A stretch of DNA of 64,000 nt from Octopus sinensis (lineage: Eukaryota): contig NC_043013.1 in the NCBI RefSeq assembly GCF_006345805.1, forward strand, positions 58,094,001 through 58,158,000. Reading direction: 5' to 3'. This document shows positions 36,104 through 50,330 of this stretch, in pieces (the first letter of the stretch is position 1; the number at the start of each line of letters is the position of its first letter). The notes under the pieces are model-generated. The model did not search any database and was not told where the DNA came from. It worked only from the letters and a program-made list of their open reading frames with translations. A program made the translations under genes and the position numbers.

Positions 36104-36979
36104 TATGTAAAGTATGGAGAGAAAGAGAGATTGATTAAGCATAGACGATTTGATTAACAGTTCAGTTGAAGAGATACAATGCAAATTTAGTGAGCATAAA
36201 AAGCCAGCCTTAAGCCAGAAAAGATGATGAATGTATTTCCCTGTATAAATCCCACATAATTGCTTTGTCCAGTGGAATTATTGCAGTTTCACTTCTGAAA
36301 ATAATTCTGACATTCTGCATATTTGATTTGAAACGATTTGGGCATGTGGATATAGAGTTGTACTGACCGCTCATCTGTTACAAATGATATCCATGCAGTC
36401 ATTTTGATATCACTCATGGCAACACACTTAAATATCTGTGCCTCACTTCACCCAGCTGCATAGAATCTATACAAGAATTAGCAATATTTAATATTTACAA
36501 ATTACAAACTGATATCTTATAGAACCGGTCACATTTCGTGTATTTATTGCTAAATTATACACTCTTACAAAGTTAGTGGAGATAAAGTGCTAAATACCCG
36601 TTGGTGGATAACTTTGATCGGAATCGTCAACATAATTGGCAACACATGTTACATTTACATGAAATAAAGTGAATATTATTACGACGAAACATATGACACA
36701 TAGAAACAGGCTTCATGTTAGGTTGTAGGAGATCCACGTTCTGCTCATACCAATTGGAATTTTTATGAGTCTGAAGGTCAAGCTAAGGGTGAGAAAGAGA
36801 GAGAGAACGACTTCAGTTAATGCAACATACAAGTGAAAACATTCTTCTGTACTTTGTCGAAACCGAAGCCACAACATCGACATTCACAAATTATTTCTAC
36901 TATACTTGCAATGTCTTCGAAGTCTCATATATATATACATACATACATACATATATATATGCATTCAAACTTGGAAGGG

Positions 36980-37252
36980 TAAAGACACCTTTCGGTCATG
37001 AATGACCATAGGATTGCACCTAAAAAGTTTCCCTCTAAGACATAAGTCCAGGCAAGGTTGTTTATGGAAGACCAGCAGTCGTCCATGCATACCAACCATC
37101 CTCTCCACTCCAGCGCTGTTATCCAAGGGAAAGGAAAAGGCAAATACAGTTTGGCAACTGTGACGTCGCAACTCATTTCTACAGCTCAGTCCGGTTAGGG
37201 TATCGAGCACACCACCTCACGATTGTGAGCCGGAAGCCCTAAACACTGTGCC
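36980..37252 (-). mobile_element. tRNA-derived SINE
   Basis: Minus-strand head ggcacagtgtttagggcttccggctcacaatcgtgaggtggtgtgctcgatacc has A/B-box-like layout, followed by a non-tRNA body. Confidence 0.6.
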
Positions 37253-37289
37253 AATGTGTCGTCCCTTCATATCCATGCTTGTATGTATA

Positions 37290-37895
37290 TATTGGGTTGT
37301 CCGGAAAGTTCCTGTCGATTTATAGTAGCTTACCCTTCGACTTATGTTAGAACATGGTTGAGTCCATAAAATAGGATTTGACTACACCTCCATTTAGAGC
37401 ACAGTTTAAGCTATCTTTTCGTGGGAGATGGTTTATGTTCCTATCATCTGTGTTAATGCTGTAACCCCTTAAAATGGAAGAAAGTTCATTTTCGGCACTT
37501 GATGCTTTTCTTTTTCCGTAAAGGGAAAAATACCTCTGAAGCAACCAAAGAAAAATGTGCAGTTCACGGCGATGTTTCTTTATTCGAAAGAACTGTACGG
37601 AAGTGGTTCGCATGGTTCCGGACTGGGGATTGTAGCCTTATTGATAAAGAGCGATCAGACAGACCATCCACTACAGATGAAGACGAAATCAAGTAATTAA
37701 TTGAGAATAACCCACATTGCACAACCCGAGAATTGGCAGAAAGCCTCAACCTATAAAAATCCGTCGTTCATGAGCACCTGGTAAAGCTTGGGTACACAAA
37801 TCTCAACGATGTTTGGGTACCACGTGAGTTGAGTGAGAAGAACCTTTTGGATCGCATTTTGTGAGTGGATTCGGTAGATGGAATCTGAATGAATC
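37290..37895 (+). mobile_element. Mariner transposon 5' fragment (TIR + decayed transposase N-terminus)
   Basis: TA|ttgggttgtccggaaagttc start; HFRHLMLFFFRKGKNTSEATKE..ERTVRKWFAWFRTGD..DKERSDRPS..VWVPRELSEKNLLDRI (mariner WVPxEL motif). Confidence 0.9.
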
Positions 37896-38357
37896 CCGTC
37901 ATGTGTGTGTGTGAGAGAGAGAGAGAGAGCGAGAGAGAGTGTGTGTGTGTGTACCTGATTTTGACCCCCCCCGCCACCATCGCTTGACAACCGATGTTGG
38001 TGTATTTACGTCCTCGTAACTTAATTCTTTCACACATGTGCCCAATAGAAGAAGCATGGCTGCAGTCAGATTGCTGAAAACAGGAAATAAAGAATTCACC
38101 ACCTACAATGCACTCGGAGTTTTACCGTTCTCTCTCTTCTTATATATATACCAGCTGTAGAGCGAACGTTTTACATTTCTACACTTTACTTTCCAATGAA
38201 ATGAACTCTATGTCTGGGCACGGATTCAACCTGCACAGCACCAACGATATGCATAGAAACTTAGATATGAATAACTTGGAACAAATTATGCATGCATTAA
38301 ACAAAGTTGTGTTTATTACATTAAACAGCAGCTGTTACAGTATATATATATATGTAT

Positions 38358-38434
<77 letters not shown>

Positions 38435-39678
38435 CATAAGGATGCAATGATACACTTTATGTATGCAATATAAACAGTGCCGTGTAAACAATAGAGGACA
38501 TAGTCTGGTGTCAAACTGCTGACAGGTCCTTGAAATGAAATTTGCTGAATCTGAAAGAAAACAAAAAATCAAAAGAAAAATAAATCTTGAAAAGGTATAA
38601 AATATTTTTGAGAGAGTTTAATGAACAAGCAAGTTGAAGAGATGATCAAAAGATTAAGTCTTGTAATCATCTCGTCCAAAAGAACAAGGAAAACACCGCA
38701 GCTAATATACATATAAGAATACTTAAGAAACAATAAAGTCTGGTGGTAATTCCTCACCAATAATCTACAAGTTAATAGTCTAAATTTTAAATGACAATAA
38801 AGGCGAAACGTTTATAAAAGAAAACTAAAGAACTTTACACTGTAAAATAAATAACCAAAGACAGTAAATAAAGAATATTGGTATTATCGATTTGATTATA
38901 ATTTAGTGTAAAGATAAATTATATCAATATTTTTGTAATATTTGATCAGCGAAAAATATTAAAAAATGTAAAAATCGTCAAACAATTCGGAAAATCAAAG
39001 AATGTGGCAGCATTAAAATTTAGTAGACGGCATTAAAATAATTTGAGTCATTTTATTAAAAGATTTCTCCTTCGTTGTCAAAATAAATATTTTTTAAATT
39101 TTTTTTAAGAATGACATTTTGAAAGATGTGTATACTTAAATGAAACATTTTCATTTGATAGAAAATTAAGAGCAAATAATGACTGACACGTTCTCGAACA
39201 GTTGCCCTTTAACATGAGAAACTCCATTAACTCATAATAAATCATACCGTCCAGGGGCTGTGCGGAATTCTTTCATCTAAGTGTTGATTTATTCCTTCAT
39301 TTTTAGAAATATTTGTAATTTGAAAGCAGTTATATAGTTTAATTTTTGTATGATAATACAGTTAATGTAGTTATTATTCAGTTGAAATATTGCTAACATG
39401 GAACTCAGGGCAGATATGTAAATATAGTATGGGAAAATATGTTGTATCTGCGAGGGCTTTAACTGCAATTGCGCTACATTTATTTAATCATTTTCTCTGA
39501 CGAGAATTGCGTTTCACCGAGAAAAATTAACAGGCTTCAGAATCAATAAAAAGAGTAGCTCATATTTTATACATCATTTTGTCCCAAATTGTATTTTATA
39601 CGACTTTGCTGCGTAAAAAGGGAAAACAGAGACAGAAATATCTATCTATTTACCTCTCTCCCTCTCTCTCTCCCTCTT

Positions 39679-39799
<121 letters not shown>

Positions 39800-39921
39800 A
39801 ATCAGACGAAATTGCGAGGATAATCTGGTTCTTGACTGAAGATAGAAAACTTCGAGTGACTCGTCCTTGTTTTCTTTGTATCGTCTATCTGGATGTTTTG
39901 TTGTCCCTTTTTGTATTATAT

Positions 39922-40007
<86 letters not shown>

Positions 40008-40063
40008 TGTTGATTTATTCCTTCTTTTTTAGAAATATTTGTAATTTGTAATTTGTATATATA

Positions 40064-40097
<34 letters not shown>

Positions 40098-40255
40098 TTA
40101 AGTAGGTGAATGATTATTCTATGTTTATCGTCAGCATGGAAAATTCGTTTAACCGAAACCTGGGTAGCAAATTCACATCAGAAAACACGGTTGAAGCGAC
40201 CTGTCAAGGGTAGAAACTCCGGGTTCATGTGTAGAAATTTGTGTGTTGTATATGA

Positions 40256-41198
40256 ATAAATGAAAGAATGGAGTCGAACGAAGATGTTAACTTGAAAATT
40301 ATATTGTTATCTTTAAGACGCCAAACTAATTTACTTAGCCCTGTGCTATGACGTTTTTTACTATCTCTGAATGTTGAGTAGTGGTTTGGCGTCTTAAAGA
40401 CAACCATATAATTTTCAAGTTAGATTGGTTCATACTGCCTGTATCCTTTCCTTTTGATAAGGGCAGGAGATTCTGTAACATTTGTAACTCTGAACTCTTC
40501 CATATTCTTTTCGCTAAGGTTCCCCTAGTAAACACACTCATAGAAAAATCGTACAGATGTAAACACTGGCAGAAACACACTTTCTACTCATATAAATGAT
40601 AACGATAGTCACTGTGGTTTGAACAATTAGCTTTACGTCCACCACACTGCTATAGAGAAATTCTTTCCTAAGCCTTCGAACATTCTTTCAATCAATGTAC
40701 CCTTCCCTCTTCACTTGTTCCCTAACTATTATTCCTTTATACCTTCCCTTCCTACTATCTATCTTTGACATCTGTCTCTCTCTCTCACACACAATCACAC
40801 ACACACAGACACAAATGCAGTTATACGCACACACATACACACACACAAACGCACGCACTCATTAACACAAGCACACACCCACACATTTCCATACATACAG
40901 CAAACATACTGTTCCCTACCTATTATTACTTTATCCCTTCTCTTCCTACTATCTATTTTTAGCATCAATTCTTCTAACGGATTTTTAAAGAAACACTCAT
41001 TATCGCTTTGTTTACCATGTAGGCAATCATCGAATTTTTTGTTTGTCTTGTTGTCGAGAGAGGCTCCCTTTCTTTCCTGATGAGAAAATTGCATAATGCA
41101 CCCTTTATTCCTTTGGAATGTGAACATGCTGTCTTCGAAACATGTGTCGAGAGTAAAGGAATTTTGTTAACATCTTCGTTCGACTCCATTCTTTCATT

Positions 41199-41201
<3 letters not shown>
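40256..41201 (+). mobile_element. Penelope/Poseidon-type PLE 3' fragment (GIY-YIG C-terminus + UTR) with an inverted, internally deleted 5' partner
   Basis: Minus strand: NHYSTFRDSKKRHSTGLSKLVWRLKDNNIIFKL. Plus strand: VWRLKDNHIIFKLDWFILPVSFPFDKGRRFCNICNSELFHILF..CKHWQKH. 36-bp terminal inverted repeat 40256-40291 / 41166-41201. Confidence 0.85.
41067..41159 (+). ncRNA. Type I hammerhead, canonical CUGAUGA core and GUC triplet, long loop II
   Basis: CCTTT-CTTTC-CTGATGA-GAAAA-(43 nt)-TCTTC-GAAA-C-ATGT-GTC-GAGAG-T-AAAGG; palindromic ACATGT in stem III; sense to the ORF. Confidence 0.8.
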
Positions 41202-41249
<48 letters not shown>

Positions 41250-41290
41250 GATATATATATATATCTATATATATATATATATATATATAG

Positions 41291-41371
<81 letters not shown>

Positions 41372-42118
41372 TATATATATATATATAATTAAATAAGACT
41401 ATTGTAGTTCTCCCTCCTATTTTGCTTTGATAGCAGGGTTCAGCCTTGGCAACAACATTGGGCTTTATAGTAAAGGTGGTGACGACGAAAGTGGATTATG
41501 TTAAATACCCGAGTTCTTCCCCTTGTCTCTCCGTAAAACAGATTTTTATTAACACTGTTTCATCTTACAGCTGCAATATTAATTTACGAATATTTATAAT
41601 TTTCCCCTCTACAGTAATAATAGAACAATGTAGTTCGCTATATCATTAGTTAATAGACTATATTTACAATTATGTTCTATTACATTATTGTATAACAGTT
41701 TAATGTTTCCTACAAAACAACTAAAGTGGCGTGTCACGGTGTAAGTGTATTTAATGTAAGTAAAAGAGAATTATGATGGTGGCATAGTTTAGATGTATAT
41801 CGTAGGTGTTAGACAAGATGTATTAATCGAATTAGTGAAAACATTAGACTGGTGACATAAAGGTTAGGCTGATTTTGTGATAAATTGGACGAGTCTATCA
41901 GTTTTTGTGACTTTTGTGGTATTTAGATAAATAAAAATGGAGCTTAGGTATCAGTAGGAGGAAATAATTAGCTAAACGATGCAAATGCTATATACATATA
42001 TAGATATATACATGTACATACGTATATATATATACATACACATTGATAGATAGAGACAGGGATAGAATGAGGACTTTCATACATACGTAGATGTGCAGGG
42101 ATACGTGTCTGTGTATGA

Positions 42119-42156
<38 letters not shown>

Positions 42157-42336
42157 TTACATATAAGCGTTTGTGTGTGTGTATGTATAGAGGTCAGTGT
42201 CTACTTGCAAGTATATGTAGTATACAAATGCGTTTATACATGAATATGATATATGCAAACACATAATATATGTATATATACAAATATATATACACACATA
42301 TACATATATATGTATATATATATATAGGTATTTATA

Positions 42337-42367
<31 letters not shown>

Positions 42368-42889
42368 TTATATGTATATATATATGTGTGTGTGTATGTG
42401 TATATATATATTTATATGTGTATATATGTGTGTATATATATTCATACGTATATATATATGTGTGTGTCTATATATTTATATGTATATATGTATACATATA
42501 TGCACACACACTTACACACATAGATATAAAGATGACGCTTGAAAGATTGAAAAGTGCATCAGGACAGACCAGAAGTCTTAGAATTTGATCGCAATTTATA
42601 TCGGAATCCATTATTTTGTCACTCTTCTAACTTTCTTCTTTTCCATTTACAGTAATTTTATGCCATTCCATTAAATGGTAATTGATTTATAGACGTCCAA
42701 CTATATATGGTAATATACAATAACACTGTGTGTGGCAAAATCTCATATTGCACATACATACATACACACACACACATACACGCACTCACATATGCATATA
42801 TATTGTGAAAGATGAGTGGCCGAGTGATTAGCGTGTTGCTCTCAAAGTCGTGGTTTTGATTCCGAAATTGCATAAATATAATTATATTG

Positions 42890-43146
42890 TAGGGTGCGGA
42901 TAAACCCAACCAATACGCTAGAAATTAACACCAAATGGCTCTAAACGCCTCATCTAAACTCCATTAGCACAGGTTAAAAGCGACCAGATGATTAAATAAG
43001 ATTTTTTAAAACTCTTTAATCTTTTTAAAAGCATTTTTATTTATTCATCTACTCACTTTCAGCCTGTACTAACAGAGCGTAGATGGGATTTTTAGAACCA
43101 TATGGCGTCTATTTCTAATATGTTGGTGGAGTTTATTCACGCCCTT
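42890..43146. mobile_element. Old MITE with about 85-bp degenerate terminal inverted repeats
   Basis: agggtgcggataaacc..attagcacaggtt at left versus gcctgtactaac..gtttattcacgccct at right (roughly 70% complementary). Confidence 0.55.
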
Positions 43147-43184
43147 TAATACAATCATATATATACATAAATGTGTGTGTGTGT

Positions 43185-43780
43185 AGTTGGAATTTACAAA
43201 AAAAAACAAAAGACGAAGACAGATGTGTAAACAACAAACAGGTGTGTTAGTTTAACACTCGGGAAGGTGAGAAAGTCTTTTGCGTTTCGAGCCTACGCTG
43301 TTCAACAGAAAGAAATAAGAGGAAATAAACAGAGAGAGAATAAAAAAAAAGCTTTAGTGATTGAGAGAAAGCAGAGTAAGAAAAAACGACAATTAGAAAA
43401 AGCAGAAAGTTGAAAGGAGTTCAAAAAGTTTCAAAGGTCGTGGTGTATTGGAGAGATGTTTCATCAACGGAAGAATCCAGTGAAATCCATATGTATTCAG
43501 GTGGAATGCTGGTCGGTAGATGAGAGATGCAGAAAAAATACATATATAAAACAGATATGAAGACTTTCCATGAATGTGATCCAAGCTAAAAGGTATGAAC
43601 TCCGAATGCTCAATTTCGTATGCCACTAAATGTTTGCCTTGAACCGGAGTTGAACTTGTGATGTTGTGATTGCCTTGCTGAAGCGGCAAATGTGGCTTTG
43701 TCTTGAGCAGCCAAGTATAAATTGAAACAGAAATGAAAAGGTAGAAGGTTTGGCAAGACTTGACAAGGGCATCTCACCGT
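43185..43780 (-). mobile_element. Old PLE remnant: terminal repeat of the 17851 family with decayed hammerhead (43277-43312) and possible GIY-YIG debris
   Basis: 43185-43320 resembles 17865-17990; the minus frame ILGCSRQSHICRFS only weakly resembles YIGETxRxLxxRFxEH. Confidence 0.55.
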
Positions 43781-45034
43781 TTTCTGTGTGTCTCTCTCTC
43801 CCTTCTCTTTTTATTTCTCTCTCTCTCTCTCTTTGCTCAAACGTGACCATCCCCCATCTTTCTTTTCCTCAGGTGGCCGTCTACCTTTTCCTGCACGGAC
43901 GTTTAAAAATAGCGCACGTGTTTTTTTCTCTCTCTTCTATCTTTTCTCTTTCCAAAAGAAAAAAAAGTTTCTCCCAGAGTTCACTAGTTTCCTCTCGTTC
44001 TGATATAACGACTCTTTATGTTTGTTTTCGTTCGGTTTCCTTGTACGTCTCCACTGTCATGTTTTCGTTCCCAGCTTTGACCCTTCATAAATCCTAAATT
44101 TTACTTTATAATTCATGGGAGCAACTATCTCTGAAGACTCATATTGTCGTTGAATTCTCGAAATGCGGAGTAGATAGACAGACGACAACTGATGAAGCGT
44201 CCTTTCTCTATGGTTACTTGTCTTTTTCTCGTTGTTTATGTATTTCATGTTATTTGTGTCACAGCGGCGTCATATATGTATATATTATTTATTATGTATA
44301 TCTATGTATGTCTGTGTGTGCGTATAAAATAATACTTCCCTAAAATAGATACTTTGAAATTACCCCTACCTTAGCCAAATGAATGACAATAATGCAATAT
44401 AAACACGCGAAAGAAGGAATTGGTATGCAGTGCAGATGAAATATCAGAGAGAATTGGTGATGTGAAATGTCGAAGGGAGATTTATGCAGTAGTGGTCACT
44501 TAACAGTAGCCGAGATTCGAAACGGAAGCAGATGTCGTTGTTGAAATGGCGGAGTAAAACCTAGAGTTTGAGAATTCCTTGTTACTGTGGAGGACAGATA
44601 TTTAAATATATGCCTGAAAGAATTTCTTGAAAATATCAAAACCTCATCTTCTTCTAACAAAAGAAGGTAGAAATAAAAGAATTTTACAAATAAATAAAAG
44701 TTTTGATCCAGATCTTGTTTCTGTGGTTTAGAAACACACATAGAAACATGGGCACCCACACACACACACACAGAAATGCACGCATAAATATTTGCATGCA
44801 CATATATATGCGTATATATATGTGAATGTGTGGGAGTCTTTGTGCAAGCGTATGTGTGTGTATGTATGTGCGTGTTATGTAAGGTACAGAAAATGTATTC
44901 CCATAAACATGAATGCATTTCTAGAGGTTGGACTGTTTTTCCTGATAATTGTTTCAGCAACACTTTTATTATTGCATGTGCAATAATAGAGACTTCATGA
45001 TACAGCACACACATTATATACATTCGTCTCTCAC

Positions 45035-45126
<92 letters not shown>

Positions 45127-45178
45127 ATTTCGGAATGGTCATTTTGCCAGTTTAGCCAATAAATATACAAACGTGTAT

Positions 45179-45227
<49 letters not shown>

Positions 45228-46078
45228 TCATTCACATACATAGTTGTGTATTTGTGTATCTGTTCATATATATATATAATATATGTGTGTGTTTGTGCGT
45301 GCGTGCGTGTGTGTATGTGTGCGTGTGTGTTATAATCGAACGTTTTTCATATCTGATCGAGTGAACTTTGTTTATTCGAAATATTGTTGTTTACAGATGA
45401 GCAGCTAGCGAAAATCGAAGAAAATATTCTATTAAGTTAGCAATGAAAATGCTACCTATTACTTACTAACAAATAGCATTAGCCGAATGGCGAGCAAAAA
45501 CAAATTAGATGGGGGAGGAGAGAGAGAGAGAGCAAGAGAGAACAATGAAACTGGTAGTTCACCACCAATAGATATCGAATATATTTCTGCTTAGAAAGAA
45601 ATACAACAGAATTTACTCAAGCGTGAAATTGATTTGTTGGTATATTTCACAGAGTTTCTTGAAACTATTTTCTTATAATGAAACTGAAATAAATATGTAA
45701 AGAATATTACAGAAATACAATAATATTAATAATAATATATGAATATACTAAAATACATGAATTATTAAAAGAAATTTACCTTGATTATAAGATTATAATA
45801 ATATTCAGAACAATTTCAACTTATAAAGAATATTTATACGATGTAATGATACAAATATAGGCGTACACAAGTCAATCACACACACGCGCACAGACACACA
45901 CACACAAAAACACAAAAATACATGCACACATTCATACATACAAGTGTGTATGTGTGCGACGGGGTACGAGTCTTCATTTAAAACTCTAGAAACATATGTG
46001 CCACCCTATATTTGCATGTATATGCAAATACAGGGTGGCACATAACCAAACACACACACCGAGGTAGATATAGATATG

Positions 46079-46112
<34 letters not shown>

Positions 46113-46301
46113 ATATATATCATGCACGTACATGTATGAAGGTATGTCTATACGCAGATAAATGTGTAAAGTACGTGTAGTGATAAATGCATCGATACAT
46201 GTATGTTTATATGCATAATATACAGACTCGTATATAGACATATACTTGCACATGTACCAATGTATATGTCGATAAATTTACATATACCTATGCATGCATA
46301 T

Positions 46302-46409
<108 letters not shown>

Positions 46410-47048
46410 ATTTGCATAAACACATTCATACCACAGTGTTTTCTTTCGTTTGGCTCTTTTTATTCAGCTGAACTTTTGCACCAATCATGAATTCTTGCTG
46501 TTAAAGTCTATGTTGCAGATTCTTGTTATGGATTTTTTTCTTCATATTTTGCCAATTTCCACTAATTATATTAAACAATTGCTTATGCTATTAATGGCTG
46601 AGATGAGGTAGAATCCAAAAAAGCGAAAAACAAAAACAAAAAAGAAACAAAAAGGAAAACATTCTTAGTCTGATCAATAAAATATTATTATGATGGCCCT
46701 CTGAGTGATAGACATAACTGGAATGAAAACAATAAGACACCAGAACAAAAACAACAACACGAACAACAATCAAAATAACAACAGTTACATGGTTGGTTTA
46801 CTGGAAGAAATGAATGCACGTTGCTAGGCAACAGAATCAGCCACCGAAAACATTTTGTCTTCGAATTAAGATCCTGAGGTAGAAAACCTTGGGTGTCGTT
46901 CTTGCAAGTGTTGTGACGGCGATGGTGATGGCGATGATATAAGTTTTTAAAATTTATATTTCTTAGGATATCATGAATCAAGCAATATATATCTATACTA
47001 TATTAGAATACATTTATTCGCATAAATATATATGTGTGTGTGTGTGTA

Positions 47049-47097
<49 letters not shown>

Positions 47098-47395
47098 TGT
47101 ATATATACATATTCATATATAAGCATATATATACATATACATGTGTATATTTGTATCTATATATGCCCGCACTTGCATACGTACACATATTCACAAGCAC
47201 TTTCAAGCAATAAAAGATCTTTAGTATCAAACCAATTGTTCAAATCGCACTTACACAAGATTTCTTATTTCAATCGTTTTCATAACTTTGGCTAAATTCC
47301 ATTTAATTCCCATTTATTGTGTTAAAGTAGACCAAGTGGAACTGTTTCACAGTAGCTTCACATAGAATGTATTCTATAATCTGCCCGCCCTCTCC

Positions 47396-47445
<50 letters not shown>

Positions 47446-48092
47446 TTCTCTTTCTCAAAATATGTGTATGTATCTGTATATATATATATATATATGTAAC
47501 ATTTCTATCCCACTCTCTCCATGTCTACCTATCAATGTCCTATCGCTCTTTCTTAAATTTTCATTATTAAATGTGTTTCCAAGCAGATAAGTTTTGTTTT
47601 TACTTTTAAATGTCTTCTTCGGAAATGAAAAAGTATCACGTTCCATCGTTATCAAAACTTACTAGATATGTGAAGAAGGGAAGAAATACGAAAGAAGGAA
47701 TAGAATTCCTGCCTTGATTGCTTGCAACCGCAGAGACCATAACTATAGCGCTTTGTGAAAACCATAAATTGTTAAAAAACGTTTGCTCTGAACATGCGAG
47801 AGGAGGAACGACGAAGGTGAGTGGGAAATACACGAACAAAATGGAAGAATATATTCAATAGATTTCATCAAAAATCATGGAGGAATAATTATAAAGTTTT
47901 TACTGAATAGAACAATAACCCGTTTGATTTATGTAGAGCCTTTTAAATCCCTTAGACTCATTTGTCTACGTTGGTTACCAAGAAATATTCTAGACCGGCG
48001 GAGATTACTATATACTATGAAGTGGTTCACTGTTGGTATCATGCTCCACTTGACCGCCGATATGTGGTAGATATAGTCAGAGTCCGTAGAGT

Positions 48093-48405
48093 GAAGGCGC
48101 GTGGTTTAGTCGTTAGGGTGTTCGGCTCACGATCATAAGGTCGTGAGTTCGATTCTCAGCCATGCGTTGTGTCCCTGAGCAAGATACTTTATTTCATGTT
48201 GCTCCAGTCCGCTTAGCTAGAAAAAATGAGTAGTACCTGTATTTCAAAGGACCGACCGTGTCACACTTTGTGTCACGCTGAATCTCCCTGAGAGCGACGT
48301 TAAATGTTACGTGTGGCTGTGGAGTACTCGGCCAGGAGCACGTTAATTTCACGATCCGGCTCTCCCCTTGACCAGAAAATTAACCGGAACTTGCGTTGTC
48401 CTTCC
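48093..48405 (+). mobile_element. tRNA-derived SINE
   Basis: A box 'tggtttagtcg', B box 'gagttcgattc', then 'gttgtgtccctgagcaagatactt..gttgctccagtc'; inverted homolog at 54810-55100. Confidence 0.75.
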
Positions 48406-49229
48406 TTCCTAAGTTTGTCTCTATACTTATAATATATTAATACTGAAGCTGTATTTTATGATTGAAAATAACCTCATTTCCGCAGCGTTCTTTAATGTGT
48501 AATATAGCACTAACTCATATGCGCCATTCTTTTCTAATTTTCAGTCTCTAATCAGTTAAATTATTCATCAGTAATTGTATTAAGGATTATAATTTCCTTC
48601 ACTTCATTCTTTACATCAAAACAAATATATTTAATTTTTCATTTTTAATATCTTTCTTCCACATTTTATTCATTTAGCATCTACGCGTTAAACCCTTTCC
48701 CGCTGTTCTCTTACAGATATTAACTTAATATTCCAGAGCGTTTTGCATAATCTACATAGAAGACGTGTTTCATAGTACTTCGTCATATTGTTCTAATCAT
48801 TACTTGGATATAACTGTTATTTTGAATTAAACTCACAACTGATGAGAAAAGGAGAAATAATAGACTGCAACGTTTAATGGGATACAGCTGTCTACTATTA
48901 TGACTGCTTCGTTCTAAGTTATACAGGCTTGTTAATGGTGTGTTCCAATGTCCTCTAATGTGTTTGATAAGATACTTCACTGGTGCTGCTGTTTTATAAT
49001 TATGTCCTTTCCTTAAGTTCTCTATCAATGTGGTATTTTGTCATTGATACTTCATTAGAAAATTACACGGTTAGATTTTTTGGCGCTAAGTCTAGGAACT
49101 GCCCGCTTCGTGAATAACAGTTCGATGAATCCTTACATTCTTTTCAGCATCCATTCTATACTTTAGGGAAGATATTTTCCACATATGGAAAAATATGCAG
49201 CGCAAAGTTTTATTGAATTTCTTTTTAAC

Positions 49230-50330
49230 TTTTCTGAGTCTTGAAGATGATGCAGTTCCAATGGGCTTCGTTGTCTCCTCTAAAATAAATTGATAAGTCG
49301 GATGCCACCACCAATGTCTCTCTTGGAATATTACAATTCCTGCCTTGATTGCTTGACAGAACACATGAACAGAAATGTAATTCTGGAGCAAATTGATCTG
49401 GGAAGGAAGGGATGAATGTTTAGAGTAGCAATGAGATCTGCAGAGAATGGACAACAAAGATCATGAGTATTGGGGAAGATGATTGCTCGAGTGGAGGTGA
49501 TTTGAACTGTGCCACATTTGAGAAGCAGAGGCCATTATTGGAGCTTTAGAAGAGAGACAGAGAGAAGATAGGACAACGGTAAGATTGAGATTGTACCGTG
49601 CTTGTGAGTTACTTTACACCAATCAACCAGATAAATTTGTTTTCGGCAATGGCCTAGGTTGTATCTGTATGTGGCTATGAAACCATTAATTTTGGTATCG
49701 TATGGGTATTTTATACAATGTCACTAATTCTTGCAGCTTAAAGTACTTTCCGATTTTAGATGAAGGGCCAATCTCCGAGATGTGGACTTAAGCTGCATTA
49801 AAAATGTAAATTCGCAAGGCAAGATCCAGAAGACTATTGAGGTACAAAATTTTGATTAGGGCTCTCACTACATGTTCAAAACTATGTTGATGATTCCTGG
49901 TAAGAGAAATAAGTTGGACACATTCATCTTGAAGTATAATTTCAAGACCTGTGTTCATGGAATTAGTGAAAGTTGTCAATATGGTGTCTAGGTTGCAACT
50001 ACATAAAAGAATGTCGGTATAATTTAGGGAAGAACGAAGAGTCTTGTCTTCTGCATGAAAAAGGATGCTGTTGAATGTGAAAGATTGTATTTTATTGATG
50101 TGTAGTAGAGTAGAAGGGTCGAAACCTTGTTAATGGTGAAAAAAATAGAGTGGTTGAGAGACAGATGGACAGGTTTGGTAAAAGAATCGCTTACAGACTC
50201 TGTTGAAAACATTGCTTCTACCGATTTTCGTTAAGGCATAAACCTGCTGGTAGTTAACATATGAGGGTAGGTCTTCTGTGAAACTGGCTTTACGAAACCG
50301 AACTGGTATATATTAAGAGGACATTGAAAA
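49230..50330 (-). mobile_element. Possible very old PLE remnant
   Basis: Only weak minus-frame resemblance (LYYTSIKYN, FLDLAL, QITSTRAIIFP) to Neptune RT/linker motifs; many stops. Confidence 0.25.

Noticed and set aside
40184-40232. TTGAAGC-GACC..GGTA-GAAA-CTCCGGG-TT hammerhead candidate
   Set aside because: Core position 9 is altered and stem I is poor; at best heavily decayed.
48093-48165. tRNA-like sequences (also 37200-37252 and 55030-55100)
   Set aside because: A/B boxes are present but there is no complete cloverleaf and each continues into a SINE body; not tRNA genes.
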